A stretch of DNA of 64,000 nucleotides from NCBI GenBank assembly GCA_977020255.1, contig CDROCS010001089.1, positions 248,001-312,000 on the forward strand, written 5' to 3'. Each line of letters starts with the position of its first letter. Position 1 is the stretch's first letter. Position numbers and translations under genes: made by a program. This DNA comes from Obrimoposthia wandeli. Its lineage: Eukaryota. The notes under the pieces were generated by a model. The model saw only the letters and a list, made by a program, of their open reading frames with translations. It searched no databases and was not told the DNA's origin. Below, one piece after another: positions 39,072 through 47,658 of the stretch.

Positions 39072-39351
39072 CCCAAAAAAAAGACAAGACCCATCTTTTG
39101 ATCCGTAGCTTCTAGTTAGCACTTTTCAAATCCAGTTATTTATTGTAATAGCTGTATACCAGATAAAATTTAGGTCAATATTACGTCGAGCTCAAGCAAC
39201 GGCTATAATCTTAATATGGTACATTGCTTAGAGCTTTTATTGTAAATCAAAAGGACATTTAAACATGGATACCTTGTTTCACTGTACTCTTTTCCATTAA
39301 TAGTTACCAAATTCATCATTTGGTTATCTTTTGAAACTTTCAAATGATTAG

Positions 39352-39546
39352 CTAGAAGGGAAGCTTGTCGAACAGTTGATATCGGAAATCGCTCATACAG
39401 ATGGTGTGCGCCAAGAAACAATAAACACTATCAGTTCTGAGCTGAAATATTTTGATAATATGATTGATGGACTGGGCTTTTGTCTCTCTGAAAATGGTGA
39501 TTTATTAAGCCAATGGCGTGGTTATGCCGAGGATACTTACGGTTTC
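39352..39546 (+). pseudogene. DUF2971-like fragment
   Basis: GFCLSENGDLLSQWRGYAEDTYG matches the DUF2971 core motif as recalled; no proper start and truncated. Confidence 0.55.
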
Positions 39547-39554
39547 TCTAGTAT

Positions 39555-39728
39555 TCAGAAAACCCCTCTATTTAATAATCCAGTCAAAGTATCTATATTT
39601 GCAAGGCGAGTCAGCTCTTCAACTTGAAGCTTATTAGCATTTCGTTCCAATTCAACTGACATTCTCGATGCAATAAAATCAATTAATGAAGAGTAATATT
39701 TCGGATCTTCAATTGCTTCATGATCTAG
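39555..39728 (-). pseudogene. GAF-to-GGDEF linker remnant
   Basis: LDHEAIEDPKYYSSLIDFIASRMSVELER...LANIDTLTGLLNRGVF* ends just after the DxLTGLxNR motif. Confidence 0.6.
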
Positions 39729-39871
39729 CATATACGTCTACAGTCATTCCGTAAATTGGCACTTCTATTTATTTAGATGCTTGCTTCTGAACCCCAATGT
39801 CTCCACTATTGATAAATCATGGATTGATACTAACACTTTCTAAATTAGTAACTCGTTATAAAGGTTGTTGT

Positions 39872-40573
39872 ATGTTCAAGATATTTAGATCTTCATTGCT
39901 TTTGTTTATCTATCCATCCTTAGTGCTTGGTGGGCAGACCCTCACGTTTGTACAAATTAGCGCTATTCCAAGTCAGACGGTCGCGGCTGAAATGTTGCGG
40001 GTTGCCTACAGTAAGATAGGGATATCTACTAAAACAATCAAATATCCAGGCAAAAGGGCTTTAAAGGAATCAAGTCAGGGCAGAGCAGATGGAGAAGTAT
40101 TTAGAATTCATAAAATTGGCGAATTATACCCTTCTCTTATTAGAGTGCCAACGTCTTTTTATACTGATAATGCAGTTGCTTTCAGTAACGGTAATAGTTT
40201 TAAAATTAATAGTTGTGATGATTTAAATGACTACTCCGTTGGTATAATAAGAGGAGTGAAGTATGCTGAAATATGTACTAAAGATGTTGAAAAACTAAAC
40301 ATTGCTGATGACTATGAAACGATTCTAAAAATGCTAAATCTAGGTCGATTTGATGTGGTGCTTGCAATAAAGGCAAACGGACTAATGATAGCTAAGAAGT
40401 TAAATTTAACTTCGATAAAACCAATATCTCTCCCTTTAAGAAAGTTGGTTTTGTATCACTATTTACACAAAAAAAACTCGCACTTAGTACCTAAGATTGA
40501 CAAGGTATTACAGGAAATGACTAAAAGCGGAGAGTTAGAAAGAATTAAAAAAAGAATAATGAGCGAACTATAA
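39872..40573 (+). CDS. periplasmic solute-binding protein (family 3-like)
   Basis: Signal peptide, YPGKRAL, ADGE, MLNLGRFDV, LYHYLHKKN. Confidence 0.85.
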   Translation: MFKIFRSSLLLFIYPSLVLGGQTLTFVQISAIPSQTVAAEMLRVAYSKIGISTKTIKYPGKRALKESSQGRADGEVFRIHKIGELYPSLIRVPTSFYTDNAVAFSNGNSFKINSCDDLNDYSVGIIRGVKYAEICTKDVEKLNIADDYETILKMLNLGRFDVVLAIKANGLMIAKKLNLTSIKPISLPLRKLVLYHYLHKKNSHLVPKIDKVLQEMTKSGELERIKKRIMSEL

Positions 40574-40838
40574 ATTCAAAGTGCCTAATAGAAAAAAACC
40601 TCAAGTATTAACATCTTACACTATTTTGCTGAGAGCTTTAGGGCCTTGAATTACACCAGCTTATGAAACACAACTGTTTGATACATGGCTGAGATATATT
40701 AGATGCCTCTCTAGCACTGAGCAGAAGCTAGCTAAGCGATACATCTAGATAATAGATATGCCCAATTTTGGGCGTATCTTTTAGCTTCCTTTACCGCAGT
40801 AAGTTAATTAAAGATGCCATCAGATGTGAAGCTATCTT

Positions 40839-41450
40839 TTATTTTGACTTAAACTGATAAGGATGCTTCCATCCTTCAAGGCTAGATATACGCTCTAACC
40901 ACTGGCTAACAAAAGGCGGCACATCAACTTTAGCTTGCTCAGCAAAATACAGGTAGCCGCATAAAGAGAAGTCTGCAATTGTAATGTTGTTGCCTAATAT
41001 GAAGTGTCGACCATCTGATAGTTCTTGCTCGATGACACTGATATCTTGGTTATACCGAGAAGTAAGCCAATCGAGTGTGCCTTGATTATATTGTTCTGGT
41101 TCAAACTTTGCTGCAAATCGCAATTGAGGCAAGCATAAGCCAATCTTATTAGATTCCCAGAATAGCCACTCTCTACATTTTTGTAGCTGATCAGGAGTAT
41201 CACCTCCAAATACTGAGAAATGCTCCGCTAAGTGCAAAAGAATAGCGTTTGATTGCACATAAGCAGTTTGGTTATGAATCAATAGCGGCACTTCTTGAAA
41301 CTTAGACTTATCTTGAAAGCCTTGTGGTCGCTGATCTCTTGGTAATGATATATCGATTACCTGGTAATCATGCTCAATTTTACCAATGCTTAAGCAAAGT
41401 TTTACTTTATAAGAATGGCCTGATTCGGGGTGTCCAAATAGCTTAAGCAT
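40839..41450 (-). CDS. glutathione S-transferase family protein
   Basis: ESGHSYKV, FQEVPLL, QSNAILLHLA, TIADFSLCGY. Confidence 0.9.
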   Translation of the reverse strand: MLKLFGHPESGHSYKVKLCLSIGKIEHDYQVIDISLPRDQRPQGFQDKSKFQEVPLLIHNQTAYVQSNAILLHLAEHFSVFGGDTPDQLQKCREWLFWESNKIGLCLPQLRFAAKFEPEQYNQGTLDWLTSRYNQDISVIEQELSDGRHFILGNNITIADFSLCGYLYFAEQAKVDVPPFVSQWLERISSLEGWKHPYQFKSK

Positions 41451-41648
41451 TGATAGGTCCTTTAGTTTATTTTTATTCAATGGTGCTAGACTGGGAAACT
41501 TTTACTCTTGATGCGCTACTTAGTTGCGTCTAACCATAGACAAGCCGTAACTGCAGCGACTGCCTCAAGTGGTTCTGTTAAATATTTTACTCTAAAGCGA
41601 ATGTTCTCTTTCTTTATTGTTATTAGTCCAACAAAGCTCATTAGAAGT

Positions 41649-41975
41649 TCAGTCCAGTGAATACTTCCACAATGAGAGTTTATCTTTATATTTAGTATGC
41701 TCACTTTTAAACCGCCGTTCGGATTTTTCTCTAAGTTTTAATCTAGATATCTTATGGCTACAAAACAAGGATAACGGCACACCGAAAATAAGTAATCCAT
41801 TTACAAGAGAAGTGTTTCCAAACAAGGCATTGAGAGCCTCAGGGTTTTCGTCGAGTTTAGCGAAAAGGCCAAGACCGCAAGCCGTTATAGCAGGGAGTGC
41901 TAAAATTCCGTAATTCAAAATTGATCTATCAATTTGTTTGATAGAGGTACTTGGTAGTGAGTTGCTTTTTTTCAA
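41649..41975 (-). CDS. hypothetical 2-TM membrane protein
   Basis: 108-aa TTG ORF with AAGGA upstream and two hydrophobic segments. Confidence 0.5.
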   Translation of the reverse strand: MKKSNSLPSTSIKQIDRSILNYGILALPAITACGLGLFAKLDENPEALNALFGNTSLVNGLLIFGVPLSLFCSHKISRLKLREKSERRFKSEHTKYKDKLSLWKYSLD

Positions 41976-42292
41976 AAGATAATCCTTATTCTTTATATGC
42001 TTTTTTCCGTTGCATGAATGCTAGCAGAGTTGGTGCTAAGTTGTTATAACTCATCTATATATTAGCATTGTCAGCTAGCTACTACTGTTAATTACCTCTT
42101 GCCGCATTCTTGCCCTGATTTAGCTAATTAGCAAACCAAATATCACCCTTTTAACAGAGTACTTTTACCTTATAAGAGGTTGCTTAGCTTGTAGTGATTG
42201 TTACTAGTAAATATACATCTTATTAATACCACCCTCCTGCTAAGAGCTTTAGGCTTAAGCTGAATTCACAACGTAGCCGCACAACCCCTTGT

Positions 42293-42493
42293 ATTGCCGC
42301 TGGAGCTTTGTGTGAAATTATTAAAGCGAAGCAACAGGACGTTGCATAGAGCGAGTGCGCCAGGGATGGCGTTTACGAGCGGCCAATAATTTTGCACAAA
42401 GCGGAAGAGTATTCGGCAATAGTGGGCGAAATTTTCTTTGGTTCCGTTTCTTTTTTTCGTAAAAAGAAATGAACTCGCCGAAGGTGAAAGCCC
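42293..42493. repeat. multi-hairpin structured intergenic element
   Basis: Nested stems ATTGCCG/CGGCAAT and GCTTTGTGTGAAATTA/TAATTTTGCACAAAGC enclose hairpins with AGGAC and AGGGAT loops, followed by TTCTTTTT/AAAAAGAA and TCGCC-GAA-GGTGA hairpins. Confidence 0.65.
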
Positions 42494-42658
42494 TTAATAT
42501 CCCTTGATTTAGATTTTAAACTTTAAAAAACAAATCAGTTAAAATTCTTTAAAGAAATAAATTATAACCGTTAAATACCTGAATTCTTTATAAAAATTAT
42601 AGCGAGTTATGAAGCGCTGAGCTTTAAAATTTTAGAATAACTAATGGAGTGATCTCAG

Positions 42659-42760
42659 TGGAGGGATTATTCGCTGCGCTCACCCCTTCGGGGCTATCGT
42701 CGCAGACTCCGATGTGCGTCGCTTCGCTCGGCGCGAACCCGCGGGGCTTCTCACCCTCCA
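42659..42760. repeat. tRNA T-arm copy split by an inserted hairpin element
   Basis: TGGAGGGATT (42659-42668) and CGAACCC (42734-42740) are separated by 65 bp of GC-rich hairpins; outer stem TGGAGGG/CCCTCCA. Confidence 0.65.
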
Positions 42761-42821
42761 GCATGGTGCTATCGCATATTAATCTGGAGTTGGCTGCAAG
42801 GAAATGCAGAATATTATGAAG

Positions 42822-42898
42822 TGGTGCGCCTGGAGGGATTCGAACCCCCGACCAATAGGATCGGAACCTACTACTCTATCCAGCTGAGCTACAGGCGC
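42822..42898 (-). tRNA. tRNA-Arg (anticodon CCG)
   Basis: GCGCCTGTAGCTCAGCTGGATAGAG...TTCCGAT...GGTTCGAATCCCTCCAGGCGCACCA; 77 nt cloverleaf with encoded CCA. Confidence 0.97.
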
Positions 42899-42928
42899 AT
42901 CTTGCGCAGTGATTTTTTACGCTGCGGT

Positions 42929-42957
42929 ATAGTACCTAGCAACGTATCTGCTGTCTA
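42929..42957 (-). promoter_or_regulatory. sigma-70 promoter of the tRNA
   Basis: TAGACA-17 bp-TACTAT followed by a GC-rich discriminator. Confidence 0.75.
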
Positions 42958-43367
42958 TGCATTGCAGTCGATGATTTGAATTTGTTTTAATTTCTTCTAT
43001 TCTGCTACAGCCGTATATTCGATGCCGCTGAATTGGTAATAAATGCGCTAATAAATGGTAATGATTTAAATGATAATAAAAACTATTTGCGTTGTTAAGT
43101 GATTTTGGCAAGGTTGCCAATGTGTGTTTTGGAGCGCGGCAGATAATATTCAATTTTTTCACTAATCTACGAGCAGTTTTGCATATTCGTTATGCTAATT
43201 TACTAGTATACTTGCCTCATTTGAATAATAACCCCACAGCATACGGGGTAATAACTTTGATGATTGCAGGTTTTAAATCTGTTCATCGCTATTAAAGAGA
43301 TTGCTAGATAGCCTTTTTACCGCTGTGATAGACAATCCGTAATACTATGACTTACGAGGCCACTGAC

Positions 43368-43790
43368 GTGAATATAACTTTCAAATTAGTATCAACTGCG
43401 AGCGCTATCGCTTTAAGCTTACTTTTATCTTTAAACATCAATGCAGCTACTTCAACAGAGCGAATAGCTGAGCGCATTAAACCTATCGGCCAAGTTTGTA
43501 TGGAAGGTGATGACTCTTGCGGTAGCGCAGCTGCGGCGGTTGTTGCAAGTGGACCTGCTAGAACAGGCGAAGAAGTTTATACAACCAAATGTGGTTTATG
43601 CCATGCAGCAGGTGTATCGGGTGCCCCTAAATTTGGTACTGCTGACTGGGCGGACCGCGGTGATATCGATACGCTACTAGCAACAGCTATTTCAGGTATC
43701 AATGCCATGCCTCCAAAGGGTTTGTGTACTGATTGTAGCGATGACGAGCTAAAAGGCGCTATCGAGCACATGATAAACAGCGTTCCTTAG
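43368..43790 (+). CDS. cytochrome c5
   Basis: Signal peptide, IAERIKPIGQVC, single CGLCH heme motif, AMPPKG. GTG start preferred. Confidence 0.93.
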   Translation: MNITFKLVSTASAIALSLLLSLNINAATSTERIAERIKPIGQVCMEGDDSCGSAAAAVVASGPARTGEEVYTTKCGLCHAAGVSGAPKFGTADWADRGDIDTLLATAISGINAMPPKGLCTDCSDDELKGAIEHMINSVP

Positions 43791-43806
43791 GCAGCTTTCT
43801 TCTTAC

Positions 43807-43829
43807 AAAGGCAGCTTAGGCTGCCTTTT
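43807..43829 (+). terminator. intrinsic terminator
   Basis: AAAGGCAGC-TTAG-GCTGCCTTTT. Confidence 0.85.
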
Positions 43830-44108
43830 GTATTTTTGGAGCAGTAAAAAAGCATTTTCTACCGATCTTACACACGTGGCTTGGTGTTGCTAACCTGCAA
43901 ACAGCCCTCTCTATTATTTTGCCCTCTTCTCTTTACCTTTGCCCTCTTTCGCCTTATTTTTATCCATTCCGAGTAACCCGCCCTGCTAGCATTGCAAAGC
44001 CTTGCATTTATCCTGTATAAATAATATTCACTACTATACTAACTTTCACTAGAGATATATTTTAGTGCATAAAACGATTTAATATAATAAGTATATATGG
44101 GTGCAAAT

Positions 44109-45053
44109 ATGTTGAAGAAGCCTGCTATACCTGCACAAATACTGACTCGCTGGCAGCGTTTAGTCGATATTATGGGTAAAGTCACCGATACTCCCGCAGC
44201 ATTAATTACCCAAGTGCATACGCAAAGTATTGAGATGTTAGTGACAAGCCAAGCCCATTCAAACCCTTACCATGAACACGAACTAAGCCCAAGGTTTTGT
44301 GGGTTGTATTGCGATAAAGTGGTTGCTCAACAGCAGCCATTATTGGTTAATAATGCCGCGGACGAACCCCAGTGGCGTAACAACCCAGACATGATGCATA
44401 GCTTATCTTTTTACTTAGGATATCCTCTGCGTTGGCCCGATGGAGAGCCTTTTGGCACTTTATGCGTATTAGATAACAAAGATAATTTACGCGCAAAAAA
44501 ATACCGCGATTTAATAGAAGAGTTTCAATGTATTGCCAATGAAGATCTAGCATTGGTTTGGGCGCAAAGTAATCAACAGCATGAGCGCTTAGCTTTAGAG
44601 CAAGTGTTAGATCAGCAGCGCACGAAAATTGCAGAGCGCGCCAATGATTTGGCCGAAATTAATACCGCTATGCGAGTATTATTAAAACATACTGATCAAG
44701 ACAGAAATAGCGTGAAATACGATGTACTTGAAGAGGTGAAACATTTACTAAAACCTTGGCTTAATAAGCTAGAGCGCTCAGGTTTAAACCATGAGCAAAA
44801 ACTATATTTATCCAGAGTTAAAGAGCATTTACTGGTTACACGGGATGCCTCACAAAAATTTTATTGCCAATTAACCGCCATGGAGCAGCAAGTTGCCAAC
44901 GCAATCGGCAATGGCTTATCAAGCAAGGCGATTGCGAAGCAGATGTTTTTAGAGAAAAGTACCATTGATTTTCACCGCCGCAATATCCGCCAAAAGTTGG
45001 GCTTAGTGAGCAGCAAAGTAAACCTAAAGCAGTTTTTATTAAACGCAAAGTAA
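44109..45053 (+). CDS. GAF-coiled coil-LuxR HTH transcriptional regulator
   Basis: GLYCDKV, FYLGYPLRWPDGEPFGTLCVLD (GAF); GLSSKAIAKQMFLEKSTIDFHRRNIRQKLG (LuxR HTH). Confidence 0.88.
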   Translation: MLKKPAIPAQILTRWQRLVDIMGKVTDTPAALITQVHTQSIEMLVTSQAHSNPYHEHELSPRFCGLYCDKVVAQQQPLLVNNAADEPQWRNNPDMMHSLSFYLGYPLRWPDGEPFGTLCVLDNKDNLRAKKYRDLIEEFQCIANEDLALVWAQSNQQHERLALEQVLDQQRTKIAERANDLAEINTAMRVLLKHTDQDRNSVKYDVLEEVKHLLKPWLNKLERSGLNHEQKLYLSRVKEHLLVTRDASQKFYCQLTAMEQQVANAIGNGLSSKAIAKQMFLEKSTIDFHRRNIRQKLGLVSSKVNLKQFLLNAK

Positions 45054-45297
45054 TATCTTCAAGTTACACCTAACCTTTAAAAATAGGGGGCAATCCCATC
45101 ATTTATCCCCCAATACTCCCCATTTGCATAGTCACTAATTTATTCAATGATAAAGACTGCTTTAAAGCGCTTCGTTTTGGCTAAGTGCGTTCAAGCAAAA
45201 GCTTCAGGTTAATGCGAATTCACTTAATCTTTAATCAGCAAGATTAATAAACAGATTGGCATTTCCCTCTACAGGTTTAAATTATCGGGAGTACCGT

Positions 45298-46212
45298 ATG
45301 AATAAAAATAAAATAGCAGGTCAGCTCAGCGTATTGTTACTTAGCTGTGTAATAAGTAGCAGTGTATTTGCAGAGTCACGTTCTTGGAAGTTTAGCGAAA
45401 ATAATAACAAGGTAATAGCAGCACAGATAAAGGGTGGAGACCCTAGCAAAGCTGGTGATGTCACTATCGATTTCTTCGGCCATATGGCTTTTAGAATCAC
45501 CTCTCCTGATGGGCTGACCATTATGATTGATCCTTGGCGCAACGATCCATCCGGCTATTGGGGTGTTTGGTTTCCTCAGCCTTTTCCTGAAGTGCCTGTT
45601 GATTTAGTGCTATCCACACATGCTCATTTTGATCACGATGCGGTATATCGTCCACACGCAACGCAAGTTTTAGAGCGCTTATCAGGCGAATACAAGTTAG
45701 GCGATGTAAAAGTAACTGGGCTAGCTGACAAGCACATGTGTGCAGCAAAAGGTTGGTATAAGTGGACAGATGCTGGGGCAGAGTTTGGCCAAGATTTTTG
45801 TGCTAAAGAAAACGCCATGCATATGGATAACTACATCCAAGTGATTGAAACAGGTGGCGTAAAGATTGCCCATTGGGGTGATAATAGACCGGTTCCTGCA
45901 GCGCACGTAGAGGAAATATTAAAAACGGTTGACGTGCTGATTATGAATATCGACGATTCACAGCATATCCTAAGCTATGAAGATGTTGATTCCGCGCTGA
46001 CCAAATATAAGCCTAAAATGGTTATCCCAGGGCACTATTATACAAAAGGGGCCAGCAGTGTTTTAACCACTTTAAGTACCGCTGATAAGTGGGTCGATGC
46101 GCAGCAAAACGTAACTAAACTTAATACCTCTAGAATTGTGGTTAACCCTGCCAAACTCAAAGATATGGATAGAGATGTTTATTACTTTGGTATGAACCAT
46201 ACTAAAGAATAA
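45298..46212 (+). CDS. exported metallo-beta-lactamase fold hydrolase
   Basis: Signal peptide, IMIDPW, STHAHFDHD, AHWGDN, VIPGHY. Confidence 0.88.
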   Translation: MNKNKIAGQLSVLLLSCVISSSVFAESRSWKFSENNNKVIAAQIKGGDPSKAGDVTIDFFGHMAFRITSPDGLTIMIDPWRNDPSGYWGVWFPQPFPEVPVDLVLSTHAHFDHDAVYRPHATQVLERLSGEYKLGDVKVTGLADKHMCAAKGWYKWTDAGAEFGQDFCAKENAMHMDNYIQVIETGGVKIAHWGDNRPVPAAHVEEILKTVDVLIMNIDDSQHILSYEDVDSALTKYKPKMVIPGHYYTKGASSVLTTLSTADKWVDAQQNVTKLNTSRIVVNPAKLKDMDRDVYYFGMNHTKE

Positions 46213-46346
46213 TAACCACCTTTAAACTTGTATGAGTTGTTGTGGTAAATAGTGCTCATACAAGTTTCGTTAGCTTTCTTCCTGATGTTCCCCTTCTACC
46301 TTATATCCTCTGCTATTGTTGCAACCCTTGTATTGCTGCAATCCTT

Positions 46347-46955
46347 CTATTGCTCCAGCATGGCCATTAACTGCGGCCATACATTATCTAAAATGATAGG
46401 CTGTGCCTGCACGTTAGGGTGCAATCTATCGGCTTGCATTAAGCTGGGATTTAACGCGACGTTATCCATTAAAAATGGCACTCTAAATGTTTTGTATTGT
46501 GCTGATAGCTCACTAAAAGCGTCGAAAAAGCGCTTGGTGTAACGCGGCCCATAGTTGCTAGGTAAACGCACTCCTACCAACAAAGCTTTTGCGCCGGCAT
46601 CTTGACTAAGCGTAATCAACTGGCTAATATTTTTCTTGATGATTTTCAAAGGCGTGCCTCTTAATCCATCATTTGCAGCTAATTGAAGAACTATATAATC
46701 TGGTTGGTGTCTATCTATGAGTTTAGGTAGGCGAGTGAGCCCGCCGCTAGTGGTTTCACCGCTAATACTGGCATTGACTATTTTAAGATCAGGATATGTT
46801 GGTAATAATTTTTTCGCCATTAATGCCACCCAACCTTGCTCAGTTTGCATGTTATAGGCAGCAGATAGGCTATCTCCGAGCACAAGTAACGTTTTTGCGG
46901 ACACGCTCTGAGTAGTCAATAAAACAAACAATACGATCAAGTGGAATATTTTCAT
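46347..46955 (-). CDS. tesA: SGNH arylesterase / acyl-CoA thioesterase I
   Basis: LGDSLSAAY, NASISGETT, ANDGLRG, DRLHPN. Confidence 0.92.
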   Translation of the reverse strand: MKIFHLIVLFVLLTTQSVSAKTLLVLGDSLSAAYNMQTEQGWVALMAKKLLPTYPDLKIVNASISGETTSGGLTRLPKLIDRHQPDYIVLQLAANDGLRGTPLKIIKKNISQLITLSQDAGAKALLVGVRLPSNYGPRYTKRFFDAFSELSAQYKTFRVPFLMDNVALNPSLMQADRLHPNVQAQPIILDNVWPQLMAMLEQ

Positions 46956-47658
46956 GCCGTTGACAATCCCTTTAGCCATCGATGCCCAGCAACTATCTAA
47001 GTCTTTCCCTCACACTAGTGCAACGGGAACAGAAGATAGTATTTCACTGTTCAAAGATTTAAATTTACAGATTAATAAAGGTGAAAGTGTAGCGATTATT
47101 GGCCCATCAGGTACAGGTAAATCTACATTATTATCATTACTCGCTTGTTTAGATACTCCAAGCAGTGGCTCAGTCACGCTGTCAGGCGTTGATCTAAACA
47201 GCTTAGAGCCTGAGAAGAAAGCTGCTTGGCGCGCTAAGAACATCAGCTTTGTTTTTCAGTCTTTTCACTTGTTATCTGAGCTAAGCGCACTGGAAAACAC
47301 CCAACTACCTTTAGATATCCAAGGCCATGCTCAAAGTCAGCAACAAGCACTGCAGTGGCTAGAAGCGGTTGGTTTAGGCCCAAGAGTTAAACATTTTCCA
47401 GCGCAGCTTTCAGGTGGAGAGCAACAGCGCGTTGCTATCGCGCGCGCTTTTGTCACGCAACCAAGTTTATTATTTGCCGATGAGCCGACCGGTAATTTAG
47501 ATACCAATACCGGTGAAACCATCATCAAATTATTGTTTGATTTTAGTGTTAAAACCGCAGCGACTTTGATCCTCATCACCCATGATGAGCATTTAGCTAG
47601 CCGTTGTGATCGCATGTTCAAACTCGCTGACGGACAATTGCTAGAGGTGGTTAAATGA
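46954..47658 (+). CDS. ybbA: ABC transporter ATPase (YbbA-like)
   Basis: GPSGTGKST, LSGGEQQR, FADEPTGNLD; divergent from tesA as in the tesA-ybbAP arrangement. Confidence 0.88.
   Translation: MPLTIPLAIDAQQLSKSFPHTSATGTEDSISLFKDLNLQINKGESVAIIGPSGTGKSTLLSLLACLDTPSSGSVTLSGVDLNSLEPEKKAAWRAKNISFVFQSFHLLSELSALENTQLPLDIQGHAQSQQQALQWLEAVGLGPRVKHFPAQLSGGEQQRVAIARAFVTQPSLLFADEPTGNLDTNTGETIIKLLFDFSVKTAATLILITHDEHLASRCDRMFKLADGQLLEVVK

Larger units (their letters stand above)
39046..42849. mobile_element. integrase-less genomic islet at tRNA-Arg(CCG)
   Basis: Bounded by the 26-bp direct repeat; contains gene remnants and three small genes; no integrase recognised. Confidence 0.65.

Noticed and set aside
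42917-43295. Track ORFs 42917-43162 and 43092-43295
   Set aside because: They cover the tRNA promoter and the divergent AT-rich intergenic region; no RBS or motifs.
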